From Mustelus asterias (Eukaryota): a stretch of 64,000 bases of DNA. This document shows, piece by piece, positions 49,306-61,596 of this stretch. Each line of letters opens with the position of its first letter. Position 1 is the stretch's first letter. The notes beneath the pieces are model-generated. The model did no database searches and was not told the origin of the DNA. It saw nothing but the letters and a program-made list of their open reading frames with translations. The position numbers were made by a program, and so were the translations under genes. The stretch spans positions 111,104,001 through 111,168,000 of the forward strand of contig NC_135804.1 in NCBI RefSeq assembly GCF_964213995.1, in the 5' to 3' direction.

Positions 49306-51805
49306 TGATGTTCTTCAGGGAGTCTGGGTAAATCCAATCTATCCCTGCTGCTTTGCCTGACTTGAGAGGGAGACTGTAACCTTCACTTGATCTTTCTCTT
49401 AAAGTACATTTTCCAACCTGAAAACCTGTGAACTAATTGATAAGAAGACAACTGAACCCAGGCCCCTGGGCTCCCAATCCCAGAAGTAAAAGCTTACTAG
49501 AAAATGAATTATTTTAGAGCCATAGCACTGAAACAGCCCTAATAAAAGCCACAAATTGCCTTCTCTTTGACTATGGCTGCAACCATGGTGCATTATCCCT
49601 CCTTAACCTCTCTGCAGTTTTGGATATGAATTTTGAAAGTCTTTTCATGGAATGTGGGCGTTGCTGGGAAGGCCAGAATTTGTTGCCCAGCCCTAAACAT
49701 CCGCATCATCCTCCCCTAATGCCTCCCCTCCATTTGCCCAGCAGCTTCAATAGAAAGAAGATTAATGTGAAGATAAAACGTCTGGAGTGAATGAAAAAAT
49801 AATTACCCTAGATATAGATCTTGGTTGGAAGAAAGGTTGATTGGCTGTAATGACTGAAAAGCTAGTTACTTTAGTGGTAATGTAATGCCACGTGCATTAA
49901 TGACCATTGTAAAGGCTTACGCCATAGGGCAGCAGGTTAACTATCCTATGTAATGGCTGTCAAGTTAATTCATCTGGGAGTTGATCCTGCTGACTCTAGT
50001 AGCTTGAAACTTTGCTCTTAGAGATGTATGTTCTGGTTGGTTGTGGATCTACAAGGTAGGTTTGCTGTATTGAATAGAATTTTTGTGGCCCTGTCTGGGT
50101 CCAGTGCCCAGAAAATTGATTCCTTTAGTTTAGGTTATAGTAACCAAACCTCCTGCAATTAATTAGCTCAGGTGTGAAGCATAGCCAGAAGACTGACGTG
50201 CTAAAAAGGCAGTTGCCCTGCTGGTTTCCAAGCTGACTGTAATGCCAGAAAGCCAGGTTTTCTGACTACGTCAAAAATAGAAGTGTGGCTCCAGTAACTG
50301 CAACATTGGTTCCTCTGGTTGTAGGTCACAGCCTGACACCTGGTACAACAAACATAAGGTTAATTAATATTGCTGACTCAACAGCAACACAGCTAAGCTG
50401 GGAATAGATTTTGATAAAATTGATTACTTTTGCAATCAACCCTGCGTATCTCTGACATCTAAGATTTGATTTATCATGTAGTTCCTGATGGTTAATTCCA
50501 ATGGGTGAAAGATTGATTCCTCTGGTTGTATACATGTGTAACAAGCTGGCTATGATAGATATTTAACGTGAGATCTTGGTTGTGAAGTTGGTTATCCTGA
50601 CTGACTTTCGGACCATCTCCAAATCAATGCAAGATTGACAGCCCTGAATGTAGATGAATGGTAAACCCCAATGGCTGGAAGGTTGATTCATGGGCAATAA
50701 TCCATGTCTACACCATTGATTACATAAGCACTTGTAACATTAATAACTGACAGATTGAACCCTCCCATGATTTAATTAACTTGCTTTCCCCATCATTCTT
50801 CATCCCACCTTTCTTTATCTAGGTATCACAGAAATAGAGGGATTTCATTGGATATATCCATTGTCCAAAAGATTAGTTTGCTTGGAAACATAGGTGCACT
50901 GCAGTCATCCTACAAACTGTCTACACCAATAGATTTGATTCCAAAAATAAACAGCAAAAATAAAATAAAGGTTATTATTAATCACTTCCGCAAATTTCTG
51001 CATGATCAAATTTAATAAGTGAAATGTATTGGTGAGTATAATGTTTTGGAAAACAAATATCTATACAAGGTAACATTAACACCATAATATGACAATGAAG
51101 CATCCAACTATTTCTGGTTGGACTCATCAGTACCTCCAAAAATCTGTAATGGGTCAGGCTCAAAATCGGAGATGATCCTGTAAGACAGATCTCTGCCAAT
51201 TTTGTTTTGCTCCATTACTTAATTTGTACCTCCAGGTGAGCTGTATTAGAAATGAAAACTGGCTTGGTAATTTCATATCTCTCAGGAGGAATTTTGTTTC
51301 TGATGATGAGATTAAGCTGTGGAAGAGGTTCGCATCTATCATTTTTTTCTACACAATTGCAGGAGCACCAGGGAACATTGGAGAAATATTGTGCGCCGAG
51401 GAATAATTGTATTTTTATAGTCCTTTGCACTATTTGGCAATGATGTTGTAATTTTGTGGGAAATTAAGACAAATTAGAAAACTGAGCTTGCAGCTTGGAA
51501 ACAGAGGCCAGTAGAGAGAACGGAGCAACAACAAGAATGTTAGACTGTATACATGAGCTCTACAACTCATGAATTTTAAAAATTTATTCCAAATATGATC
51601 CACAACACCAAGCATGTTTAGTTTCTACGGACATTTATTAAGGAATAGAGTTTTAAAACATTTCTGAATACATTTTGTAACAAATTTTGGGCCTGATTCG
51701 CTGATCTCTTCAGATGGCCAGCGGAATCCTGATGCCCCAGTGAATGGGTCATTGGCCAAAAATCGGGATTCCCGACGGGCGTCAGGGCTCTCGGGATTCA
51801 CCCGA

Positions 51806-52046
51806 CCAGCCCTGCCACCTCCGATTGGGTTCCAGCGCTGCCGCCTTTGATTGGGTTCCAGCCCTGCCGCCTTTGATTGGGTTCCAGCCCTGCCACCTCC
51901 GATTGGGTTCCAGCCCTGCCGCCTTTGATTGGGTTCCAGCCCTGCCACCTCCGATTGGGTTCCAGCCCTGCCACCTTTGATTGGGTTCCAGCCCTGCCGC
52001 CTTTGATTGGGTTCCAGCCCTCCCACCTCCGATTGGGTTCCAGCCC
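51806..52046. repeat. 26-bp minisatellite, ~9.3 copies
   Basis: Unit ccagccctgcc(a/g)cct(cc/tt)gattgggtt. Confidence 0.96.
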
Positions 52047-53647
52047 AGAGCGGGCAGTAACCTAATAATTATGCAAACCCACTAATTTGAATATGATTAG
52101 CGGGTTTTGACAGGCCTTTCTCCAGCCTCACACCATTCACCCGGCCCACTAGCGGGATCAGCTGCAGACGGGCTTTACAGTTGCTACCCACAAGCGGGGT
52201 CATGCATGCTGGACCCTGAGGGTCTAGGGGAGCACCACCAACCCCTTAGAAAAGCGAGGCATCCTCTCCACCCCCCACAAATCACAGGGCACTCCCCCCC
52301 CCCCCACCGCCCACACACCACACAGGCATGAGCATGACCCAACCTCCCTCAACCCTCCTTTCTCAGGCCACCCAATCAGCCCTCTTCCCCCTCAGACTCC
52401 CCACTCAGCCCCCTCTCAGATTCCCCACTTGGCCTCCCTTCTGGTCACATGCCTTGGCCGTGCCAACAGTGCATTCCTCCTTGGCACTGACATCCTGGCC
52501 TTGGGCCCCAAGGAGGCTTGAGGAGGAAAGTCCAGTGGCCATTTGCCTCTCCGTTGCTGCCAGGCTGCAGTGGAAGAATCCCTCGAGGATCCTGGGGTTG
52601 GGTGGGCTCAGGCTGGGGGCAAGGCCACTCTGCCGGGATGAGAGTGTCATGGCTGGACTCCTCCTTCTAGCACTGACAGACCTGAAGATCACCCCTGGTT
52701 TGATGATTTCAGGCAATTCTATGATCAACATCTTTTCAGGCAATTCTATGATCAACATCTGCATCCCTACCTGTCAGTTGAATAAATTCTGAAGTAGCCA
52801 GGTCACTTTAATCTCCATTGCCCTCTGGTCACCTGGCAGGATTTTAAATCATTACAACACTCCTTTCTGCAGTAGAGATTTTCCTTTCTCCCTGCCAGAA
52901 ACTGCAGGTGAGAGCAGAGCCTTTTGAAGTCCGCTGACAAAGAGGAGATGTCAATTTCACCTGGGGGGGGAGTAGGAAGGGGTGGGTCCAATCTGCACAG
53001 TTGTACACTCAGCTCCAATGTATGCACAGCTTTGATTTGAAGTTGCTGAGGCTTCATAACCCTCTCCATTCCAATGGAACCCTTTTATTTCTAACAAATT
53101 CAATGTGCAGTGCCTTGAAATAGATTCCATTGACAGCTCAATGGATTTCTGCTGCAGTCACCTATGTTTATGCTTATTTCTCTTCACACTTGAATAGATC
53201 TCAAGTACCCCATTGATCCTGACCACAATGTTGACAGAGTCTAAGCCTGATTCACAGCCTGTGGTTTCACTTCCTCTTTTGAAAACCACAATCATTTTGA
53301 CGAAATCACAGGTGAATCCCACTTGAAAGATGATGCTAGCGCCAGTGGGAAACACTCCCGTTTTCCCACCAGATGGGCACTTAGCCTCAAAATGGGAGAA
53401 TTCGGCCCTCTACCTCTTGCTATCCATTGATATGCTTTGCTTACCCTGTTACCCAGGGGTTCTGATTATGTCAACAAATAATGACTGCTTGTACATGATT
53501 GTCCTGGCCTAGAATATAACTTTGTTATTCGTTAAATGTTACATCCTGTTTTAAATTTTCCTGTTTGCATTTAAACAATGTGTCTGTGAAAACCCCCATG
53601 TTTTCCAGGGGAATTTCTAATTGATCTCCCTGTGGGGCTTGTTGAGT

Positions 53648-53826
53648 CTTCTTTTTGTGTTCAACCAAATAAACAAAATCAAATTAACTTAGGGACAATT
53701 CAAAAAGGGCAGCTCCCTAAAAGGAGGAACAAAGTGGAAAGGAAACTTAAAACATCAAATTAAAATGTGATTAAAGAGGCCAATAATACACCCCAGTCCC
53801 TGCGGTGCCCAGTGGGCATGGAAGAG
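53648..53826 (-). mobile_element. Tx1/L1-like 3' fragment
   Basis: Minus-strand FHAHWAPQGLGCII C-terminus. Flanked by the 14-bp TSD ggggcttgttgagt. Confidence 0.6.
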
Positions 53827-54364
53827 GGGGCTTGTTGAGTACAAATACGAATTCCCTTGGTAATAAGGCAATGGCCTGCCCAGGTGGAACTCATCGCCTG
53901 AGCCCTCTATAAGGCAGACACTGGGAAGGACCTGCAGGACGATTGTCCCAGTTGTGACTTATGTATGTACACCATGGAATAGTGGCTTTATTTTATGGTT
54001 AACAATAAATACCATTTCTTTCCAGTTGGGCTTCCTGAATTATTACACTGGCGTCAAGCAACAGGAACATTTTGGATAACCTTGCCTTTCCACGGAGCCA
54101 GTAAGTCAGTAACGAGGAGATTTGAAAATGCCGTTGTTTATAAAATTGGTACTGTATGATGTGGGTATGGAGGACTGCCCCCAGTTCGTCGAGCAAATTA
54201 CTGCTTCCGGGCAAACGGGATAGAAGGGGACGACCGATGGAAATTCATCCTCCTGACTGCTTGTGGGGGCCCAACTTTCAGCATCATAAAGAGTTAACAC
54301 ACGCGGCAGCTCTGGATTCAAAATCCTTTAAAGAACTGATAGATTTGGTAGTAAACCACTACAA

Positions 54365-54780
54365 GGGCAGCACAGTGGTTAGCACTGCTGTCTCACAGCG
54401 CCAGGGACCCGGGTTCAATTCCTGGCTTGGGTGGCTGTTTGTGTGGAGTTTGCACGTTCTCCCTGTGTCTACGTGGGTTTCCTCCGGGTGCTCCGGTTTC
54501 CTCCCACAGTCTAAAGATGTGCGGGTTAGGTGGATTGGCCATGTTAAATTGTCCGTTAGTGTCGGGGGGTTAGCAGAGTAAATATGTGAGGTTACGAGGA
54601 TAGGGCCTGGGTGGGTATTTGGTATTTGCTACCAAATAAACCTGTTGGACTTTAACCTGGTGTTGTTAAAACTGTTACTGTGTTTACCCCAGTCCAATGC
54701 CGGCATCTCCACATCATGGGTATTGTTGGTGCAGATTCAATGGGCCGAATGGCCTCTTTCTGCACTTATTTTATGATTCT
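54365..54780 (+). mobile_element. HE1-type SINE interrupted by Penelope pLTR end (~54615-54718)
   Basis: SINE head and core, then ggtatttgctaccaaataaacctgttggac...catctccacatc, after which the SINE tail resumes. Confidence 0.88.
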
Positions 54781-55073
54781 AATTCCAAACCATCTGTTAT
54801 ATTGCAGTGCTACAGGTTTAACATGCAAATAAACTTTCAGGGAACCACTTATGGGATTCTTGACAAGACTGTGGAAATTGACAGAACATGGACCAGCACT
54901 TTCGGAAATGTTAAGGGACTGTTTTGTATGTGGAATAAATAATATAGCGACCCAAAGGTCCGGACCTTAAGAAAACCATAGAACTGGCCCTTTCTCACAA
55001 AAACACGGAGGAAGGAGCCCAGGAGCTTCAGGGATCCGTAGACAACACAAAGTCATCAGCCTTTGGTGACCCC

Positions 55074-55835
55074 CATGCATTTTGGTAGAACTAACGTAGG
55101 GGGGAGCTATACGATAAATGGCAGAACCATAAAGGGTGTAGATACGCAGAGGGACCTGGGTGTGCAAGTCCACAGATCCTTGAAGGTGACATCTCAGGTG
55201 GAGAAGGTAGTGAAGAAGGCATATGGCATGCTTGCCTCTATAGGACGGGGCATAGAGTATAAAAGTTGGGGTCTGATGTTGCAGATGTATAGAACGTTGG
55301 TTCGGCCGCATTTGGAATACTGCGCCCAGTTCTGGTCGCCACACTACCAGAAAGATGTGGAGGCTTTAGAGAGAGTGCAGAGGAGGTTTACCAGGATGTT
55401 GCCTGGTGTGGAAGGGCTTAGTTATGAGGAGAGATTGGGTAAACTGGGGTTGTTCTCACTGGAAAGACGGAGGATGAGGGGTGACCTAATAGAGGTGTAT
55501 AAAATTATGAAAGGCATAGATAGGGTGAACGGTGGGAAGCTTTTTCCCAGGTCGGTGGTGACGTTCACGAGGGGTCATAGGTTCAAGGTGAGGGGGGGGA
55601 GGTTTAACATGGATATCAGAAGGATGTATTTTACACAGAGGGTGGTGGGGGCCTGGAATGCGCTGCCGGGCAAGGAGGTGGAGGCGGACACACTGGGAAC
55701 GTTTAAGACTTAGCCACATGAATGGAGTGGGAATGGAGGGATACAAAAGAATGGTCTAGTTTGGACCAGGGAGCGGTGCGGGCTTGGAGGGCCGAAGGGC
55801 CTGTTCCTGTGCTGTATTGTTCTTTGTTCTTTGTT
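55074..55835 (+). mobile_element. 5'-truncated CR1 LINE
   Basis: MHFGRTN..LVRPHLEYCAQFWSP..FTQRVVGAWNALP and a (ttctttg)n tail. Confidence 0.93.
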
Positions 55836-56439
55836 CATACCACAGAACCAAGTCACCTACAGATAATACTCGCGTCTCTCATTTGTTGCCAAGGAAGAGC
55901 GATTGGGCGAGGAGGGCGCAAAATTCCAGAATTGGACGAGAGGTTTCTCCACAATACAGTGAGGAGCTAGCACATTCCTGCTGCACTTGCAGTCATAGAG
56001 TTCACCGCAGACAAGGCTACTGAAACTGGCAAAATGCCTATTGCCCAGGCTAAAGGGCGAAGCCACCTCAAAACAGGGCTTTGCAAATAAATCAGCCCAA
56101 CGATGAGGAATTGATGCAACTAAATTGCATCACTACCCCCAAAGTGGCCCCAATCTGGATTCAACTCCAGGTAAATGGCCACCCCCGAGACATGGAGGTA
56201 GACACAGGTGCCACAGGAACTATCATTGGGGAGCACACCTTTAGGCAACTCTGAATAGGCATCTTGCCTCTAAGCCTGCGAGACACCAAGGCTAGATTGG
56301 CCACATATTCTGGGAAGCCCTTGCGCATTATTTTGACCACTGTAACCCCAGTCACACATGGGCAACAGACAGTCTGACACTCCCTAATAGCAGAGCAAGG
56401 ATCAGGTCCCAGTCTTCTGTAGCACTGGCTACAGAAAAT

Positions 56440-57772
56440 CATAATGTGGAGATGCCGGCGTTGAACTGGGGTAAGCACAATGAGAAGTCTCACAACACCA
56501 GGTCAATGACATGTTGAAGGCTCCAGAGAAGATGTCGTAGCTTCTCCGCTCCGGGGAAGTACTGGACGACGAAGGGTACTCCGTCCCCCGTGTCCCGTGT
56601 TTGTCTTCTGAGGAGGTCGGTGCGGTTTTTCGCTGTGGCGCGTCGGAACTGTCGATCGATGAGTCGAGCGCCACATCCTGTTCTTATGAGGGCATCTTTC
56701 AGTGTCTGGAGGTGCCTGTTGCGATCCTCCTCATCTGAACAGAGCCTGTGGATACGGAGGGCTTGTCCGTAGGGGATGGCTTCTTTAACGTGTTTAGGGT
56801 GGAAGCTGGAGAAGTGGAGCATCGTGAGGTTATCCATGGGCTTGCGGTACAGTGAAGTGCTGAGGTGCTGAGAAGCTACGACATCTTCTCCGGAGCCTTC
56901 AACATGTCATTGATGAAGACAAGCATCTCGCCAAGGCCATCCCCACACCCCCACTTCTTGCCTTCAAACAACCGCACAACCTCAAACAGACCATTGTCCG
57001 CAGCAAACTACCCAGCCCTCAGGAGAACAGTGACCACAACACCACACAACCCTGCCACAGCAACCTCTGCAAGGCGTGCCGGATCATCGACATGGATGCC
57101 ATCATCTCACGTGAGAACATCATCCACTTGTACACGGTACATACACTTGCAACTCGGCCAATGTTGTCTATCTGATACGCTGCAGGAAAGGATGTCCTGA
57201 GGCATGGTACATTGGGGAGACCATGCAGTCGCTACGACAACGGATGAATGAACACCGCTTGACAATCACCAGGCAAGATTGTTCTCTTCCTGTTGGGGAA
57301 CACTTCAGCGGTCACGGGCATTCGGCCTCTGATCTTCAGGTAAGCATTCTCCAAGGCGGCCTTCACGACACACAACAGCGCAGAGTCGCTGAGCAGAGAC
57401 TGATAGCCAAGTTCCACACACATGAAGACCGCCTCAACCGGGATCTTGGGTTCATGTCACACTATCTGTAACTCCCACGACTTGACTGGGCTTGCAAAAT
57501 CTCACTAACTGCCCTGGCTGGAGCCAATACACATCTCTTTAACCTGTGCTTAACCCTCTTTCCACTCACATTGTCTGTACCTTTAAGACTTGATTACCTG
57601 TAAAGACTCGCATTCCAACCATTATTTTGTAAATTGAGTTTGTGTATTTATATGCCCTGTTTGTGAACAGAACTCCCACTCACCTGATGAAGGGGCAGCG
57701 CTCCAAAAGCTTGTGGCTTGTGCTACCAAATAAACCTGTTGGACTTTAACCTGGTGTTGTGAGACTTCTTAT
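56440..57772 (+). mobile_element. Penelope-like element with inverted 5' part
   Basis: Minus-strand RT end (HPKHVKEAIPYGQALRIHRLCSDEE) at 56503-56865. Plus-strand GIY-YIG (NVVYLIRCRKGCPEAWYIGET..LRQRMNEHR) and pLTR to 57772. Inverted pLTR stub at 56440-56502. Confidence 0.92.
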
Positions 57773-58252
57773 TGTACAGAAAATCCACCTGCACTGGCTA
57801 TAGATCTTTAAAATGGGTGCTAGCAACCTATGCAAAGTCAATGGGATGTACCCCAAAGTTTTCTAAGAAGACGTTGAGAAGATTAAAGGTGCCAGAGCCA
57901 AGACCTTTGTGGAGCCACGTGCCCAACCTGAATACTTCAAGGCATGAGTACGTGCCAAAGTAGAGGTTGAATTGGAATATCTAGAGGAACTTGGCATTAT
58001 ATGCCCAGTACAATTCGCTGACTGGGCCGCGCCAGTAGTCTCGTTTTAAAACCCAACAACTTAGTCCATCTCTGTAGGAACTATAAGTTGACATTCAATA
58101 GAGCTTCACATTTAGACAGATAGCCTATGCCATGCATAGAAGACTTATACATAAAACTGGCTGGGCATTAATATTTCCAAATTGGATATGAGCCATGCTT
58201 ACCTCCAATCGGAGCTTGAGGTGTCATCCAGGAAGTATGCCCTATAAATACT

Positions 58253-58786
58253 GATGTGGAGATGCCGGCGTTGGACTGGGGTAAAACACAGTAAGAAGTT
58301 TAACAACACCAGGTTAAAGTCCAACAGGTTTATTTGGTAGCAAAAGCCACAAGCTTTCGAAGTCTTAAGCTCCTTCTTCGGGTGAGTGGGAATTCTGTTC
58401 ACGAACAGGGCATATAAAGACACAAACTCAATTTACAGAATAATGGTTGGAATGTGAATACTTACAGCTAATCAAGTCTTAAAGGTACAAACAATGTGAG
58501 TGGGGAGAGCATTAAGACAGGTTAAAGAGATGTGTAATGTCTCCAGACAGGACAGCTAGTGAAATTCTGCGTGTGTTGTGAAGGCCGCCTTGGAGAAGGC
58601 TTACCCGAATATCAGAGGCGGAATGACAAATTCCTTCACGACACATGACGGCGCAGAGTCGCTGAGCAGAAACTGATAGCCAAGTTCCGCACACATGAGG
58701 ACGGCCTCAACCGAGATATTGGGTTCATGTCACACTATCTGTAACCCCCACAGCTTGCCTGGACCTGCAGAGTTTCACTGGCTGTC
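58253..58786. mobile_element. Penelope-like fragment with inverted halves
   Basis: pLTR on the - strand at 58253-58570, an inverted GIY-YIG piece, then + strand QKLIAKFRTHEDGLNRDIGFMSHYL. Confidence 0.85.
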
Positions 58787-59246
58787 TAGCCCCTTCATTA
58801 TCTTATATCTCTCTATAAGATCTCCCCTCAACCTTCTAAACTCCAATGAGTCCAGGCCCAGTTTACTCAATCTCTCCTCATAAGCTAACCCCCTCATCTC
58901 CGGAATCAACCTGGTGAACCTTCTCTATACCCCCTCCAAAGCGAATATATCCTTTCTTAAATAAGGGGACCAAAATTGTACACAGTACTCTAGGTGCGGC
59001 CTCACCAGTACCCTGTACAGTTGCAGCATGACCTCCCTGCTTCTATACTCCATCCCTCTCGCGATAAAGGCCAACATTCCATTTGCTTTCTTGATTACCT
59101 GCTGCACCTGCAAACTGAGTTTTTGTGATTCATGCACAAGGACCCCCAGGTCCCTCTGCACAGTTGCATGTTGTAATTTTTCACCGTTCAAATAATAGTC
59201 CATTTTACTATTATTCCTTCCAAAGTGGATAACCTCACACTTACCG
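58787..59246 (-). mobile_element. CR1 internal fragment
   Basis: YYLNGEKLQHATVQRDLGVLV..LVRPHLEYCVQFWSPYLRKD. Confidence 0.9.
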
Positions 59247-61110
59247 ACAAGGATGGACTACACCCTTTCGAGGAGAAGGTGACGGCGAAAAAAGGGTATT
59301 CCGTCTCCAAGGAACACAATGGAGTTGCGGTCTCTCCTAGGTTTCATCAACTACTATAGGAAATCCATACCGAACCTGGTGACCTTACTGGCACCCCTCC
59401 ATGTCCTGCTAAAAAATATCAGAAATTGTCGTGGCAAATGCCACAGGAGAAAGCCTTTACAAGTGTCAAACAGCAATTGCTGTTTGACCCATTATAATCC
59501 ATGGATACCACTCATCGTAACCTGCGACGCCTCCCCTTATGGGATAGGAGTGGTATTGTCACACCATTGAGACAATGGCACCGGGCACCCTATGGCGTAT
59601 GCTTCACAAACCCTGGCGGATGCAGAAAGGAGGCATGCGCAAATTGAGAAAGAAGGTTTGCCCATGGTATTCGCAGTAAAAAAAATTCCACCAATACTTC
59701 TATGGTTGGCATTTCACCATAGTGACGGAGCACAAACCTCTGAGCCTCTTTGCAGGAAACAAGGTGATTCCTCCCATAGCTTCAGCTCAGATGCAAAGTT
59801 GGTTGCTGCTGTTAGACACCTATGAATATACCCCAGAACATTTTCCAAGGAGACAGATCGCCAATGCGGATGCCTTGAGCCGCCTACATCTACCCACCTG
59901 CCTACCTCACCTCCAAAGATGGATAAAATCCATCATGACGTTGAACTTCATGGACGCTCCGCCAGTATCCACCAAGCAAATTCAAATTTGGACCCAAAAG
60001 CGTCCTACATTGGCAAAGCTATGTCATATCATCCTAAGTGGTGGACCACAAAGGCATCCTACAGAGGATCTAAAACCATATACTTCCAAATATCCAGAGC
60101 TGAGTATTGAGAATGATATCATCTGTTGAAGAACCTGAATGGTTGTCCAGGCCAGTGACCAATACCCCACAAATTGCATAGAAATGAAAATGGTGGCTTG
60201 GTGCAGACAGGGACATTGAAAACCTGGTCATGTGATGCAAAATCTGCCAGGAAAACCAAAAGGTCTTCCTAGCAGCCTCGTTGTGACCCTGGGTGTGAGT
60301 ACACACACTTATGGACTCTATGTCCTTAATTCTGGTTGATGCCCATTCAAAATGGATCAATGTACACTAGTTGGCTGTTACTACCTCTTACAACACTATC
60401 GAAAAACTCAGGCAATCTTTCTGAACACATGCTACACCTGAGGTCCTTGTAACAGACTTCAGGACCCCATTTACCAGTTGGAAGTTTCAAACCTTCGTGA
60501 ACACAAATGGAGCGAGGCACATGCACATGGCATCATATCACCCATCTTCAAAAGACCTGGCTGAGTGAGCAGTCCAGGTATTCAAAAACAATATAAAAAA
60601 CAAACCACGGGCTCTTTGGAAATGAAGCTTGCTGCCTCGATTCTCCCATAATGCAGTGGGCTGGGAGAATCCCATGGTGGCTAATTCCTGGAGTTTGTGC
60701 GAGCATTCACGCCCTGCTTGTGTCTTCCAGCGCCTGATTTCCAGCGACGTCTGCTCCACACTGGAAATTGGCGGGGAGATGTAGACCATTTAAATGGTCA
60801 ATTGAATATAATTTAAATGAGATTAGCGGGTTGGGGACTGAAGTCTCCAGGCCGGCTAGCATCTCCCCCCTGCCAGAGTATTTCACTCCAGTGGGGTTTC
60901 GAATAGTTCCCCACTTTCAGGAAGCTAGCGACCCGACCCCACTGGCGTGAAAGGGGGGGCAATAGGGAACCAGGGAGTCGGGCAGCACAGGGTGGTGCCC
61001 CCTGCTGTATTAAGGAAGGTACAGTTGCTGTTGTAATTATATCAGCTTGTTGTTTTAATCATTGTGAAATTATAATGTATTTGGATTGTAATGTATTTGG
61101 ATGAATTGTT

Positions 61111-61596
61111 TTTTTTATTTCAAAAATATACTTTATTCATTAAAAAAACTCTCAAATAAACCATTGCAAAACAACACATCCAATAATCACAGACAGTGCA
61201 AAAAAACCAGTCATTCTTACAATACTATACGATGGTTATTTGCACGACATTACATTCATTACATTTCAAAACTTAAAACTATGTACATACATCAGAGTTT
61301 ACTGTGTGCCGTTATTTTTCAGATTAGCACACAGTCACGCAGGCCGAGGGTATTCTGCAGTTACCGGGCCCTCGGTCTGCCTCGGTTGAAGGGCTTTACA
61401 CTGTGGCCTTTCGCCATTGTGCCTTTGTGGCAGCTGCCCCAAGCTTGAGCGCGTCCCTCAGCACCTAGTCCTGGACCTTGGAATGTGCCAGTCTGCAACA
61501 CTCGGTCGAGGACAAATCTTTCAACTGGAAGATCAGCAAGTTTTGGGCGGACCAAAGTGCGTCCTTCACCGAGTTGATAACCCTCGGTGATGGAGG
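61111..61596 (-). mobile_element. Tx1/L1-like 3' fragment with poly(A) tail
   Basis: INSVKDALWSAQNLLIFQ..CCRLAHSKVQD*VLRDALKLGAAATKAQW ORF2 C-terminus. TSD gtatttggatgaa(t/c)tgtt. Confidence 0.75.

Noticed and set aside
50355-50440. HNF1-like, ARE/MARE-like (TGCTGACTCA) and C/EBP-like motifs close together
   Set aside because: Short motifs are expected by chance in AT-rich DNA and no conservation data are available.
51625-52065. Repetitive ORFs on both strands
   Set aside because: Products of the 26-bp minisatellite.
52707-52760. 28-bp tandem duplication tttcaggcaattctatgatcaacatct
   Set aside because: An ordinary two-copy slippage duplication.
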